Shown here: piece by piece, positions 46,235-56,160 of the stretch | Position numbering within the stretch: position 1 is the stretch's first letter | Layout: the number at the start of each line of letters is the position of its first letter | Source of the DNA: a virus | Direction: 5' to 3' (one strand) | Virus record (IMG/VR): IMGVR_UViG_3300029787_005452 | Span: 64,001-128,000 of that record | Length of the DNA stretch: 64,000 nt | Made by a program: the position numbers and the translations under genes | The notes under the pieces: model-generated | What the model saw: the letters and a program-made list of their open reading frames with translations, nothing else | Told to the model about the DNA's origin: nothing | Database searches by the model: none

Positions 46235-47092
46235 ATGAGTAATATAACAAGTTCAATGTTCGATAGTATTAAGTCTGCATTAGCAGCAGATAATGATAAT
46301 AATAAAAGTGCAATAGGTGATATCTTAAAGACGCCTCCTGGTAATACCTTTACTGTAAGGCTACTACCATATGCTAAAGATCCTTCTAAGACGTTCTTTC
46401 ATTATTATCAGCATGGTTGGAATAGTTTTGCTACTGGTCAATATACTAGTGCAATCTCTCTTCAAACCTTTGGTGAAAGGGATCCAATAGCTGAAGAACG
46501 TTATAAGATTCTTCGTACTGGTAATGAAGAAGAAAAAGAAAAGGCTAAGGCAATTGTGCGTTCTGAGAAATGGTTAGTTAACGTATATGTTGTTAATGAC
46601 CCTGTTAATCCTGAAAATAATGGTAAGGTTAAAATGCTTCGTTATGGTAAGCAAATTCATAATATTATTACCGATGCAATTGAAGGTGAAGATGCAGCTG
46701 AATTAGGTCCTCGTATATTTGATCTAGGTCCAGACGGAGTTAACTTTAGAGTTAAGGTTGAGAAGCAAGGTGACTTTCCGACTTATGTATCTTCTAAGTT
46801 TGGTATGCCGAGTGCAATTGATAATCTAGATGAAGATCGTCATAACGAAATTTATAAAAATGTATTCGAACTATCTAGTGTATTTAGCGTTAAGAGTGCA
46901 AATGAACTCAAGACGATGATGGATGAGCATTATTATGTTAGAGATTCATCAACTGATAATAACGTAGTTGTTGATAATCCTATAGAAGAAACCCCGGCGA
47001 CGACTCCGGTGGCAGCTCCTGTTGTTGAAACTAAAAAGGATGATAACGAAGATGAAGTTCTGAAAGAATTGCTTGAAGGTTTAGACGTTTAG
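46235..47092 (+). CDS. gp32: Single-stranded DNA-binding protein
   Basis: VRLLP, NVYVVNDPVNPENNGKV, YGKQI, GVNFRVKV, acidic tail. Confidence 0.9.
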   Translation: MSNITSSMFDSIKSALAADNDNNKSAIGDILKTPPGNTFTVRLLPYAKDPSKTFFHYYQHGWNSFATGQYTSAISLQTFGERDPIAEERYKILRTGNEEEKEKAKAIVRSEKWLVNVYVVNDPVNPENNGKVKMLRYGKQIHNIITDAIEGEDAAELGPRIFDLGPDGVNFRVKVEKQGDFPTYVSSKFGMPSAIDNLDEDRHNEIYKNVFELSSVFSVKSANELKTMMDEHYYVRDSSTDNNVVVDNPIEETPATTPVAAPVVETKKDDNEDEVLKELLEGLDV

Positions 47093-47096
47093 TAAA

Positions 47097-47678
47097 ATGA
47101 GCGATCAAATGCCAGAAATGATTCCTGTACCCGAGAATCAACCTTCAGGTGAGGCTGTTCCTGAAATGACCAGGCAACTATCACCTGACGAGGAAAGAGC
47201 TACATTACTTAATTTTATGGGTAATATGTATGGGGAAGCTAAAAAAATGGATAGCAATATTATTGCACCCTCTACTACTTTACAAAGAGGTAAAAGTGAG
47301 GAGTTAAAAAAACAAATTGAACAAGTTTATACTCAGCCTCAGCAATCTGCGCAACCAGCCCCATTGGAAGCGCAGGTTGCTAAACATGAACCTTTACAAT
47401 CAAATCCTAATGAAGCTCAACCTAATAAAGTAACTATAAATCAACCTGTTGATACACTTATTGAAACTCCTGTTGATATAAATCAACTAACTTTAAATTT
47501 TAACACTAGTGAAAAAGATGAATTATTTTTAATGGTAGAAAAAATGTTGAATAGATTAGATAAGTTGCATATAAAAGTTGATAATATAAGCAAAAGTATT
47601 GAAAATAATAATGTAACATCCTTACCAATTAAAAAGATTGCAAAAAAAAAATCAGTTAAATCGAAAGAGGAAATATAA
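47097..47678 (+). CDS. Hypothetical Pro/Gln-rich protein
   Basis: 193 aa ORF. Confidence 0.65.
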   Translation: MSDQMPEMIPVPENQPSGEAVPEMTRQLSPDEERATLLNFMGNMYGEAKKMDSNIIAPSTTLQRGKSEELKKQIEQVYTQPQQSAQPAPLEAQVAKHEPLQSNPNEAQPNKVTINQPVDTLIETPVDINQLTLNFNTSEKDELFLMVEKMLNRLDKLHIKVDNISKSIENNNVTSLPIKKIAKKKSVKSKEEI

Positions 47679-47695
47679 TATAATAGACTTAGTAT

Positions 47696-48430
47696 ATGGG
47701 TTATTTAAAAATAAAAAATAAAAAAGATTTCGTTTCTAACTTTCTTGTACCGGTATCAAATTTAAATGATGCATGTATTCTATCGATAGAAGGTGATAAT
47801 ATTTGTTGTACGTTGGCATCAGCAGATGCAACTATTGTGTGTAAGACTAGTATTGCAATAGATACAGATTTAAAAGATAGTATGACTTTAAACTTACCGG
47901 ATATTAAAAAACTTATTCGGGTTTTAGATATTATACCTTCTGTTGATATTGAATTACAAATTAATGAAAATAATATTTCTTTCAATAAAGATGGTTATAA
48001 ATTTAAGTATCATTTATTAGATGATGGTATAATTAAGCAACCTTCGTTAAATGTAGAAAAAATTAAAAAGTTAGAATTTAATACTAAGTTTGTAGTAAAA
48101 GAAAAAGAGTTAAATACTCTATTTAAAGGTAGTACGTTTGCTACTGAAACATCAAAGGTCTATCTTTTCGAGGAAGGTAATAAAATTTTTAGTGAATTAG
48201 GGGATAGATCTAGACATAATTCAGATAACTTTGTTTGTCTATTAAGTGATACCTATCAAGGTAATATACAAAAGCCGTTACCAGTTAATTTTGATTCATT
48301 TAGACTTGTTAGTTTTAATGGCAGTAATGAAGTAAATTTCAGTATTAATACTGATATGGGTGTTATAACTTGTAACTTTGAAAAAGGTGAAACCCAATTG
48401 ATTTATATTATTTCTGCATTAATTAATTAA
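47696..48430 (+). CDS. gp45: Sliding clamp
   Basis: Size about 240 aa, repeated beta/alpha pattern, replication context. Confidence 0.7.
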   Translation: MGYLKIKNKKDFVSNFLVPVSNLNDACILSIEGDNICCTLASADATIVCKTSIAIDTDLKDSMTLNLPDIKKLIRVLDIIPSVDIELQINENNISFNKDGYKFKYHLLDDGIIKQPSLNVEKIKKLEFNTKFVVKEKELNTLFKGSTFATETSKVYLFEEGNKIFSELGDRSRHNSDNFVCLLSDTYQGNIQKPLPVNFDSFRLVSFNGSNEVNFSINTDMGVITCNFEKGETQLIYIISALIN

Positions 48431-48431
48431 T

Positions 48432-48785
48432 ATGAAAGATTGGTCAGAACATAAAGTAAAAAATAAAATTAAGACCCCTGGTTATTTTATAAAAAGGTTA
48501 AAAGATAGTGGTTTCGTAGTTTTAAAAATGTTTAATGCTTATAGTCAAGCTGACCCGAGAAGATGGTCATGTTTGATCGACCCCGGGGTATCGAGTGTTT
48601 ACGTTACATGTTTTACTAATAAGGATGAAAAAGGTGAAGTTTTATTTGAATTTGATGATGGTGGTAATAACTTTAAAAAAGGATTTTATTTAAAAACTGA
48701 TAGCATTGAAGTAATAATTAATCAATTAATTGAAAAAGGTATAAGTAATGACCCCAAAGAAAACCCATTTGGTAGACTTAAATAA
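48432..48785 (+). CDS. Hypothetical protein
   Basis: 117 aa ORF. Confidence 0.65.
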   Translation: MKDWSEHKVKNKIKTPGYFIKRLKDSGFVVLKMFNAYSQADPRRWSCLIDPGVSSVYVTCFTNKDEKGEVLFEFDDGGNNFKKGFYLKTDSIEVIINQLIEKGISNDPKENPFGRLK

Positions 48786-48789
48786 TATT

Positions 48790-49098
48790 ATGAATGAGGA
48801 TAGTAAAGACGATAAAAAAGAAGAAGAAATCGTCAATAAGTCTATTGATCTACAAACTGAAAAGGTGATAAGAGAAGCTCTAAAAACGTTTGTAAATGAA
48901 AAATTAAAAGATAGAAAAACTGATGATGAGATTGAAGCTATGGTTTCTACTTGTGCAGAGTTTATGAAATGTTTTGTAATTATGGGTTATGATTTTGAAG
49001 GTAAAGCTATTAAACCTATTTTTTATGCTAAAAATGATTTGGATGGAGATGCTTTAGGTCAGTACATTCAAAAGTTTATAATGAATTCTATATATTGA
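48790..49098 (+). CDS. Hypothetical protein
   Basis: Start corrected to ATG 48790 (TAAATA-N5-ATG). Confidence 0.6.
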   Translation: MNEDSKDDKKEEEIVNKSIDLQTEKVIREALKTFVNEKLKDRKTDDEIEAMVSTCAEFMKCFVIMGYDFEGKAIKPIFYAKNDLDGDALGQYIQKFIMNSIY

Positions 49099-49122
49099 TT
49101 TTTAGATTTTATAAGCTAAAAT
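49095..49122 (+). promoter_or_regulatory. Early promoter TTGATT-N16-TAAAAT-N6-ATG of NDP-sugar operon
   Basis: Read directly. Confidence 0.65.
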
Positions 49123-49128
49123 ATATAT

Positions 49129-50001
49129 ATGAATGTATTAATTCTTGGGAAGGGTTATGTAGGTAATCATCTTAAAAAATATCTATCTGAGCAATGGTTA
49201 CCAGATAATGATATATTTTTTAAATCAAAAAAAGATTTAGACTATACAAACCCGGAAGTGTTATATAACTTTTGTCTTTCTGAAGATATCGATACAGTAA
49301 TTAATACATCAGGTTATACAGGTGCACCTAATGTAGATGGTTGTGAAGATAATAAAGAAGATTGTTTTTATTATAATGTAAATGTACCGGTAACCGTGGA
49401 AGGCATTTGCAAATCTTTAGATATAAATTTTATCCATATAGGGTCAGGTTGTATTTATGGTGGTTATGATAAAGAATATACCGAAGATGATAAACCTAAT
49501 TTTGGTGTATTTGAAAAAGAATCAAGTTTTTATAGTAAAACGAAACATATATCTGAAATGTTGCTTGATACAAATTTTACTAATATTATTAGAATTAGAA
49601 TGCCGATTGAAAGTAAATTAACTAAGAAAAATTTGTTAACTAAACTTATTAATTACCCAAATTTAGTTGATTTTGTTAATAGTAAAACAGATATGGTAGT
49701 TTTATGTAAATTTATTGAAACTGTAATAAAAAATTTTAAAGCTGGTATATATAATGCAGTTCACCATGGTTCATTAGGTACCGATGAAGTTATTGACATT
49801 TTAAAAGAATACGGTATTCAAAATAATAATTGGAAGTTTATACCTTACGATGAATTAGAAATAAAATGCAATAGGAGTAATTGTATATTATCTAATCAAA
49901 AAGCCAAAGATGATTTTAATTTTGACTTTGGTGATGAAGAATACTATTTAAGATTAAACGCATCTTTAATTGAGAAGGAATCAAAATGGAAAAAGAATTA
50001 G
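49129..50001 (+). CDS. RmlD-like NDP-4-keto-sugar reductase
   Basis: LGKGYVG, GYTGAPNVDGCE, GSGCIY, YSKTK, RIRMP. Confidence 0.8.
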   Translation: MNVLILGKGYVGNHLKKYLSEQWLPDNDIFFKSKKDLDYTNPEVLYNFCLSEDIDTVINTSGYTGAPNVDGCEDNKEDCFYYNVNVPVTVEGICKSLDINFIHIGSGCIYGGYDKEYTEDDKPNFGVFEKESSFYSKTKHISEMLLDTNFTNIIRIRMPIESKLTKKNLLTKLINYPNLVDFVNSKTDMVVLCKFIETVIKNFKAGIYNAVHHGSLGTDEVIDILKEYGIQNNNWKFIPYDELEIKCNRSNCILSNQKAKDDFNFDFGDEEYYLRLNASLIEKESKWKKN

Positions 50002-50429
50002 TGGGGTTTACAGCTGGTAACTTTGATTTATTACACCCAGGTTACATATACACTTTTGAAGAAGCAAAAAAACACTGTGATAGATTTTTAGTTTTCTTGC
50101 AAAAAGATCCATCAGCTACAAGATACACAAAATATAAACCTGTTATACCTTATTATGAAAGATATAAGACTTTAATGGCAATTCAGTATGTCGACGATGT
50201 TTATATGTACCAAACAGAAGAAGAATTAATAGAATTAATTAAATTCTTCAAACCTGATATCAGAATATTAGGTGAAGATTACATCGGTAAATCATTTACA
50301 GGGGATGACCTACCACCAAAAGTTATATATACAACTCGTTCACATGAATGGTCCACGACTAGAATAAAAGATTTAATTACTAAGCAAACAATTAAACAGA
50401 ATCCTAATATTATTAATAATGGAAAATAA
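49986..50429 (+). CDS. TagD-like cytidylyltransferase
   Basis: TAGNFDLLHPGY, ILGEDY, STT. Confidence 0.85.
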   Translation: MEKELVGFTAGNFDLLHPGYIYTFEEAKKHCDRFLVFLQKDPSATRYTKYKPVIPYYERYKTLMAIQYVDDVYMYQTEEELIELIKFFKPDIRILGEDYIGKSFTGDDLPPKVIYTTRSHEWSTTRIKDLITKQTIKQNPNIINNGK

Positions 50430-51282
50430 AAAAGTTTTAGTAACAGGAGGGGCTGGGTTTATAGGTAGTCATTTATGTGAAAGACTAGTAAATGATGGGA
50501 ATGAAGTAACTTCACTTGATAATTATTTTACAGGGGATTATAACAATCACATTAAAGGGGTTAATTATATTGACGCGCCAACAAATGATATACGTTGGTG
50601 TGTTGAAGAAAAACCTGAAATTGTGTATCACTTAGGAGAGTACTCACGGGTAGAACAAAGCTTTGATGATGTGAGTCTTGTCCATGAATATAATACTCAA
50701 GGTACATTTCAAGTATTAGAATTTATTAAAGAAACTGGTGCTAAGCTTATTTACGCTGGTAGTAGTACAAAGTTTAGTGACAATGGTGCAGATGCATCTC
50801 CTTATGCCTTTACAAAGGCTCAGAATACACAACTTGTTATGAACTATGGTGAATGGTTTAACATTGATTATGCAATCACTTATTTTTATAATGTTTATGG
50901 TGGAAGAGAAATTTCAGAAGGTAAGTACGCTACATTAATTGCTTTGTTCAAAGAAAAAGTTAAAAAGGGTGAAAATTTACAGGTTGTTTTACCCGGTACG
51001 CAGCAAAGAAATTTTACACACGTGGATGATATAGTAGATGGCTTAATATTAGTTGGAGATAACGGTAGCGGTGATGGATATGGTATAGGCCATGATGAAT
51101 CTTATTCAGTTATTGACGTCGCTATGATGTTTTCAAATTATGGTAAAGTACAAATAGATGAATTGCCTGAAAGAAAGGGTAATAGAATGTCTGGTAATTT
51201 AATTACTAAAGATATAAAACTTTTAGGGTGGTCTCCTAAGAAAAATTTAAAAGACTATATAAAAAATGAAACAAAAAAGTAA
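50419..51282 (+). CDS. NAD-dependent sugar epimerase/dehydratase
   Basis: VTGGAGFIGSHL, YAFTK, FYNVYG, RNFTHVDDIV. Confidence 0.9.
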   Translation: MENKKVLVTGGAGFIGSHLCERLVNDGNEVTSLDNYFTGDYNNHIKGVNYIDAPTNDIRWCVEEKPEIVYHLGEYSRVEQSFDDVSLVHEYNTQGTFQVLEFIKETGAKLIYAGSSTKFSDNGADASPYAFTKAQNTQLVMNYGEWFNIDYAITYFYNVYGGREISEGKYATLIALFKEKVKKGENLQVVLPGTQQRNFTHVDDIVDGLILVGDNGSGDGYGIGHDESYSVIDVAMMFSNYGKVQIDELPERKGNRMSGNLITKDIKLLGWSPKKNLKDYIKNETKK

Positions 51283-52219
51283 AAATATTTTAGTAACAGG
51301 TGGTTACGGGTTTATAGGTGGAAATTTTATACGATTCTTAAGAGATAACTTTCCGCAGCATAAGATAACATGTATAGATAAGGATGGTTATGCTTCAAAT
51401 AAAGACTATGTAAAGGGTTTATGTGATAAAGAGTATAAATTAGATATTTCAAAAAGTTTAGAGCTAGAAAATGTATTTCTTACAAATAATAAGTTTGATT
51501 ATATCTTTCATTTTGCGGCTGAATCCCATGTGGATAATAGTATTAGTGGTCCTAAAGTTTTTATTGAATCTAATGTATTAGGGACACAAAATATGTTAGA
51601 ATGCTTCCGGAAAATTAATAACAATTACGGTAGATTTATACATATTAGTACTGATGAAGTTTATGGACATTTAGGGTTTAACGACCCCTCATTTACTGAG
51701 TTAACCCCTATTGCACCTCGTTCTCCCTATGCTGCAAGTAAAGCATCAAGCGATCTCTTATGTATGTCATACATTAAAACATTCGATAGTAATATAAGTA
51801 TAACCAGGTGTTGTAATAACTACGGTCCTAATCAGCATAGTGAAAAATTTATACCTACAATTATAAAATCTTTAAGTGCTGGTAAAAAAGTTCCCATATA
51901 TGGGGAAGGTTTAAACATACGTGAATGGATTCATGTATATGATCATATTTTAGCAGTATGGGCCGTAGCAACAAAAGGTAAAAATGAAGTATATAACATA
52001 GGTTCTGGTTTAGAATTATCAAATATTGAGTTAGTGGATAAGATATGTTCAATAATGGGTAAAGATTTAGATAAAAATGCTATATTTGTTAAAGATCGAT
52101 TAGGTCATGACTTTAGATATAGTATCAATAGTAGTAAAATAGAAAATGAATTATTGTATGAACCATTATATAAAGATTTTGATGAACAATTAATTGAATT
52201 AGTAAAAATTTATGAGTAA
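51266..52219 (+). CDS. rmlB: dTDP-glucose 4,6-dehydratase
   Basis: HFAAESHVDNSI, ISTDEVYG, YAASKAS, NNYGP, REWIHVYDH, DRLGHDFRY. Confidence 0.93.
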   Translation: MKQKSKNILVTGGYGFIGGNFIRFLRDNFPQHKITCIDKDGYASNKDYVKGLCDKEYKLDISKSLELENVFLTNNKFDYIFHFAAESHVDNSISGPKVFIESNVLGTQNMLECFRKINNNYGRFIHISTDEVYGHLGFNDPSFTELTPIAPRSPYAASKASSDLLCMSYIKTFDSNISITRCCNNYGPNQHSEKFIPTIIKSLSAGKKVPIYGEGLNIREWIHVYDHILAVWAVATKGKNEVYNIGSGLELSNIELVDKICSIMGKDLDKNAIFVKDRLGHDFRYSINSSKIENELLYEPLYKDFDEQLIELVKIYE

Positions 52220-52490
52220 AGCTAAGATTAGAGTAGGAGAAATATATGCATGCCATCACGGTGAGTATGCCGGTCAATTATTTGCATTTATTTGCCGAGA
52301 TAAAAAGGAACTGACGTATAATTTTCTTAGAATGCCTGAAATGATTACAACTAAAATACCTCAAAAAGATTTCGATGAAGGTTTAGATAGAGATATAATT
52401 AAATTTGTTGAAAAGGTTCCAAAATACGTCCATAAAGTTATAATGGCACAATATAAAAAGAATGAAATTACTAACGATAGACGGAAATAA
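52212..52490 (+). CDS. Hypothetical protein
   Basis: 92 aa operonic ORF. Confidence 0.6.
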   Translation: MSKAKIRVGEIYACHHGEYAGQLFAFICRDKKELTYNFLRMPEMITTKIPQKDFDEGLDRDIIKFVEKVPKYVHKVIMAQYKKNEITNDRRK

Positions 52491-53346
52491 TTTAGTACAT
52501 CGAGTGTATTGGGTTGCAAATAACATTAAAAATGTTTCTGAAAACTACCATGTTTATATGTTTCTCAATAGTGTTAAGAGTTATGTGGAAATGTACCAAC
52601 CAGATAAAGTCATATGCGTGTGGGATGAAAAACCTGATTATAGACCCAATAAACGTAAGGAACTTTTAGAAGAATATAAAGGAAATCGTGACCCTGAGTA
52701 TGGTAAAGAAGTACATGGTAAGAATGAAATAATAAAAGAGATGCTTAATACAATAGGTATACCATCAATATTCCCTAGATCATATGAAGCTGATGATGTT
52801 ATCAAGATTGTTAACGATGCATATGATAAAATGAGCACAACTAAATTTTATTTAACTAAAAAATTATTCAGACATGTCATTGTTACTGTAGATAAAGACT
52901 TATGCCAGTTAATTTCTAGTAAAGTTTCGGTATACGACCCTATAAGAAAGGTGGAAATTAATAAAGAAAACTTTAATGAAATATTAAAATATAATAAAAA
53001 AGATTTTATTAAAGTAAAAGCGTTAACTGGTGATAAAAGTGATAATATTCCCGGCTTAAAAGGTTTTGGTAAAGTAAAAATAGATAAGTTCCTTAACGGT
53101 GAAGTAGTTTTAACAGAAGAAGAAAACGTTATATATAATAGAAATTTAGATTTAGTCACGTTAACTAATGATAAAGATGAAAAGGAGTATGTTATGAATC
53201 AATTATCAGAAATTAAAAATGAAACTGACTATGAACAGTTTAAAAAATTAAGTAAAGATTATAATTTAAGTCAAATTGTTAAAAATGATACTAAATGGTA
53301 TACTACATTTTTCCAGAAAAATAGATTATTAGAGTTACTATCTTAA
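52462..53346 (+). CDS. rnh: T4 RNase H-like 5'-3' exonuclease
   Basis: IDGNN, EADD, TVDKDL, GDKSDNIPG. Confidence 0.92.
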   Translation: MKLLTIDGNNLVHRVYWVANNIKNVSENYHVYMFLNSVKSYVEMYQPDKVICVWDEKPDYRPNKRKELLEEYKGNRDPEYGKEVHGKNEIIKEMLNTIGIPSIFPRSYEADDVIKIVNDAYDKMSTTKFYLTKKLFRHVIVTVDKDLCQLISSKVSVYDPIRKVEINKENFNEILKYNKKDFIKVKALTGDKSDNIPGLKGFGKVKIDKFLNGEVVLTEEENVIYNRNLDLVTLTNDKDEKEYVMNQLSEIKNETDYEQFKKLSKDYNLSQIVKNDTKWYTTFFQKNRLLELLS

Positions 53347-53354
53347 ATATTAAT

Positions 53355-53600
53355 ATGGAAGATCAATTTATTAATCCTCAGCAAATACGTTCCCCATATA
53401 CCGGGGAAACAGTTAGACCAGTTTTTAATACCTACGTTAATAATGGTAAAACGTATGAACAAGCAGTTATGTCTGACCCAGTTACAGGTCATATAATTAA
53501 AAAAGGTTTAGTATCTATTAAAGATTCTAAAACTGGTGAAGTAATACAAGATTATAATTCAGCACTATCTCAAAGTAATACTACTCAAAGTAGAGGTTAG
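53355..53600 (+). CDS. Hypothetical protein
   Basis: TAAATA-N5-ATG. Confidence 0.65.
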   Translation: MEDQFINPQQIRSPYTGETVRPVFNTYVNNGKTYEQAVMSDPVTGHIIKKGLVSIKDSKTGEVIQDYNSALSQSNTTQSRG

Positions 53601-53602
53601 GC

Positions 53603-53630
53603 TTGAAATATAGTATATTGCATTTATAAT
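53603..53630 (+). promoter_or_regulatory. Early promoter TTGAAA-N16-TATAAT-N6-GTG of primase
   Basis: Read directly. Confidence 0.7.
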
Positions 53631-53636
53631 TATAAT

Positions 53637-54671
53637 GTGATAATTATACCAGAGCAGTATGTTGTAAACGTTTTGTATGAGAATGTCTATAAAATCTCAT
53701 ATAATAAATATACAAAAACGTATAATGGTTGCTGCCCTATCTGTAAAGAAGGTGGTTCATGGGGTAAGAAAAAGCGATTTTATTATATACCGAATAAAGA
53801 GTTGGCTTATTGTCATAACTGCGGTTATAGTAAAAAGGCTCTTACCTTTATAACTGAGGTAACTAATAAACCGTTACATACTATTGTTAATGATATAAAA
53901 GGTTTTGATGTTGAAATCTTACCTACCGAAGAACCAAAGGAAGTTAAAAAAGTTATAGATAAAAGTTTACCTGAAGATTGTATTAATTTATCTGATATTA
54001 GTCAAATAGAATACTATAAAGATAATACTACAGTAAAACTAGCTTTACAGTTAATTAAAGATAGAAAACTAGATAAAGGTGTTAATAAACCTAAAACGTT
54101 TTATTTATCTTTAAAAGACCCGGTGCATAAGAATAGATTAATATTACCATTCTACGATGAAAATGATGATATTATATTTTATCAATCAAGAGGGTTAACT
54201 AAAAAGGATTTGTTTGAAAGACCAAAATATCTTAGTAAGGTAGGTGCAGAAAGAAGCTTATACGGTATGCAAAATATAAATTCAGATTTAGATAACGTGT
54301 TTATATTTGAAGGACCTATTGACAGTTACTTTGTTGAAAATGGTTTAGCTACTTGTGGTATTACTGAAAAGAGTAATAAGATGTTTACAACATTACAATT
54401 ACAACAGATCAATAAACTAAACTTATATGAAAAGGTTTATGTATTAGATAACCAGTACTGTGATAAAGCTGCTTTAAGTAAAAGTATTATATTAGCTGAT
54501 AATAATGAAAAGGTTTTTATATGGCCTAAAGAGTTAAAGCGTTTTAAAGACTTTAACGATATATGCGTAGCTGGTAATAAAGACAAAATAAAACCTGAAT
54601 TTATATTAAAAAATACTCATTCAGGTCTTAAAGCTAAATTATTATTAACTGATATTAAAAATAATAGTTAA
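53637..54671 (+). CDS. gp61: DNA primase
   Basis: CPIC...CHNC Zn finger, RLILPF, KY, FEGPIDS, LDN, KDFND. Confidence 0.93.
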   Translation: MIIIPEQYVVNVLYENVYKISYNKYTKTYNGCCPICKEGGSWGKKKRFYYIPNKELAYCHNCGYSKKALTFITEVTNKPLHTIVNDIKGFDVEILPTEEPKEVKKVIDKSLPEDCINLSDISQIEYYKDNTTVKLALQLIKDRKLDKGVNKPKTFYLSLKDPVHKNRLILPFYDENDDIIFYQSRGLTKKDLFERPKYLSKVGAERSLYGMQNINSDLDNVFIFEGPIDSYFVENGLATCGITEKSNKMFTTLQLQQINKLNLYEKVYVLDNQYCDKAALSKSIILADNNEKVFIWPKELKRFKDFNDICVAGNKDKIKPEFILKNTHSGLKAKLLLTDIKNNS

Positions 54672-54946
54672 GATTTTGTTACACCACCGGCAAATCCTTG
54701 AGCTCTTGTACCAGTTGTCATAAAATCAGCATACTGATTTAAAGTTTTCAATTCATCTGCAATTCTTTCTAAAGATGCTTCTATTTTAGATAAATCGTTT
54801 TCTTCATTTTCTCCGTCTAAAGGTTCCATTTCACCTAATTGATCATCGGCCGCGGCTTCTTCAGGAGCAAACTCATCATTATCATCTTGTTCAACTTCAT
54901 CATTATTAATGTATGCTTCAAAAATTAAATCTTGGTCTGTTTTCAT
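54668..54946 (-). CDS. Acidic late hypothetical protein
   Basis: MKTDQDLIFEAY; TAAATA-N5-ATG. Confidence 0.7.
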   Translation of the reverse strand: MKTDQDLIFEAYINNDEVEQDDNDEFAPEEAAADDQLGEMEPLDGENEENDLSKIEASLERIADELKTLNQYADFMTTGTRAQGFAGGVTKS

Positions 54947-54954
54947 ATTATTAT

Positions 54955-55371
54955 TTAGTTAAATTTGTATTTAGGGTCATTTGCACCTGCTAAATAACCT
55001 TTAAGTATTTCACTTAATGAAGAAACTTCCATTGCTACTCTTGCAATCTTTTTAGTTTCAGCATTTGAAATACTATCAAAGATTGTATCTGGTTCAGCAG
55101 AGTTTAAAGAAGTTTGAATACTATCAGTAGTTCCATTTAAGTAATCACCAAATTCATCCATTTTATCAATCCAGCTACTTAACTCTTCAAACATTTGCCT
55201 TGATTGAGAACTAACTGGATCTTCACCACCTGCTGGTGCATCAACATCAAAATCTTCTGGAGATGTCTCAGGCTCTAAAGTAGAAGCCATTGCTTCTTGG
55301 TCAGTTAACTCGGTATTTTCATCATCTTGTTCAGATAGAAATTTTTTAAATCGTTTTTGGTATAAGCTCAT
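54955..55371 (-). CDS. Acidic late hypothetical protein
   Basis: MSLYQKRFKKFLSE; TATAAATA-N5-ATG. Confidence 0.7.
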   Translation of the reverse strand: MSLYQKRFKKFLSEQDDENTELTDQEAMASTLEPETSPEDFDVDAPAGGEDPVSSQSRQMFEELSSWIDKMDEFGDYLNGTTDSIQTSLNSAEPDTIFDSISNAETKKIARVAMEVSSLSEILKGYLAGANDPKYKFN

Positions 55372-55376
55372 ACTAT

Positions 55377-55388
55377 TATTTATAAATA
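55377..55388. promoter_or_regulatory. Palindromic bidirectional late promoter TATTTATAAATA
   Basis: TATAAATA on both strands, each exactly 5 nt from a divergent ATG (55371, 55394). Confidence 0.8.
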
Positions 55389-55393
55389 TTTAT

Positions 55394-55774
55394 ATGCAAT
55401 CTACCACAAAATTTGAAGACTTCGTAAAAGTACTTGAAGAAGACTATGGACAAGAAATGATGCCTGATGTTGTTAGAGACCAATCTGGCCAAAAAACAGA
55501 GTATCCATCTGAACCATCAAGTGTTAGAGACATATTTAATAAACAGAATAGAACAGATATAGCTCCTGAAAATATACCATACCCGTTAAATGAATTTGAC
55601 GACGTTGTTGCTAATGCATTTGTAAATTTACAAAATTTAGAAGAGTTATTAAAGCATGCAGGAACTAACACAGTTATTAAAGATAAAAAACCATTAGATA
55701 GTATCGGTAAAGAAATTGTTGAATTAAAAGGTAAGCTAGTTGATATTAGTAGGAAAGTTAGTAAAATAAAATAA
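55394..55774 (+). CDS. Late hypothetical protein
   Basis: MQSTTKFEDFVKVLEE. Confidence 0.7.
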   Translation: MQSTTKFEDFVKVLEEDYGQEMMPDVVRDQSGQKTEYPSEPSSVRDIFNKQNRTDIAPENIPYPLNEFDDVVANAFVNLQNLEELLKHAGTNTVIKDKKPLDSIGKEIVELKGKLVDISRKVSKIK

Positions 55775-56160
55775 TGAAGAAAGTTTTATTATCCTTATCA
55801 TTAACTTTATTAGTTAGTGGTTTATTTGGTATAATTTTTAGAGATTGGTTAGTGTTTGGTCTTGCAACTATATTACAAATTTTATTTTTTTATTTTTTTA
55901 ATACAGTTTATGAAAATTTTCTCATAAAAAGAGCAGTCGAACTAAATGGAGAAATAGAAAAAGAAATTTTAAAAAATACTGTACAGGTTACATGCCCGTG
56001 CGGAGCAAAACAAGATGTTGTACTTTCAATGACTGAAGATACGATATATCGTTGTAAAGAGTGTAAGAATGAAATTAGAGCCACGACCAATATTGGTACC
56101 GCATTAGTTACCACGCCTATAAGTACAGCAGCAACTGCTCCAACTATATCTAAAGTATAA
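55774..56160 (+). CDS. Membrane protein with C-terminal zinc ribbon
   Basis: Two hydrophobic N-terminal helices; CPCG...CKEC. Confidence 0.65.
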   Translation: MKKVLLSLSLTLLVSGLFGIIFRDWLVFGLATILQILFFYFFNTVYENFLIKRAVELNGEIEKEILKNTVQVTCPCGAKQDVVLSMTEDTIYRCKECKNEIRATTNIGTALVTTPISTAATAPTISKV

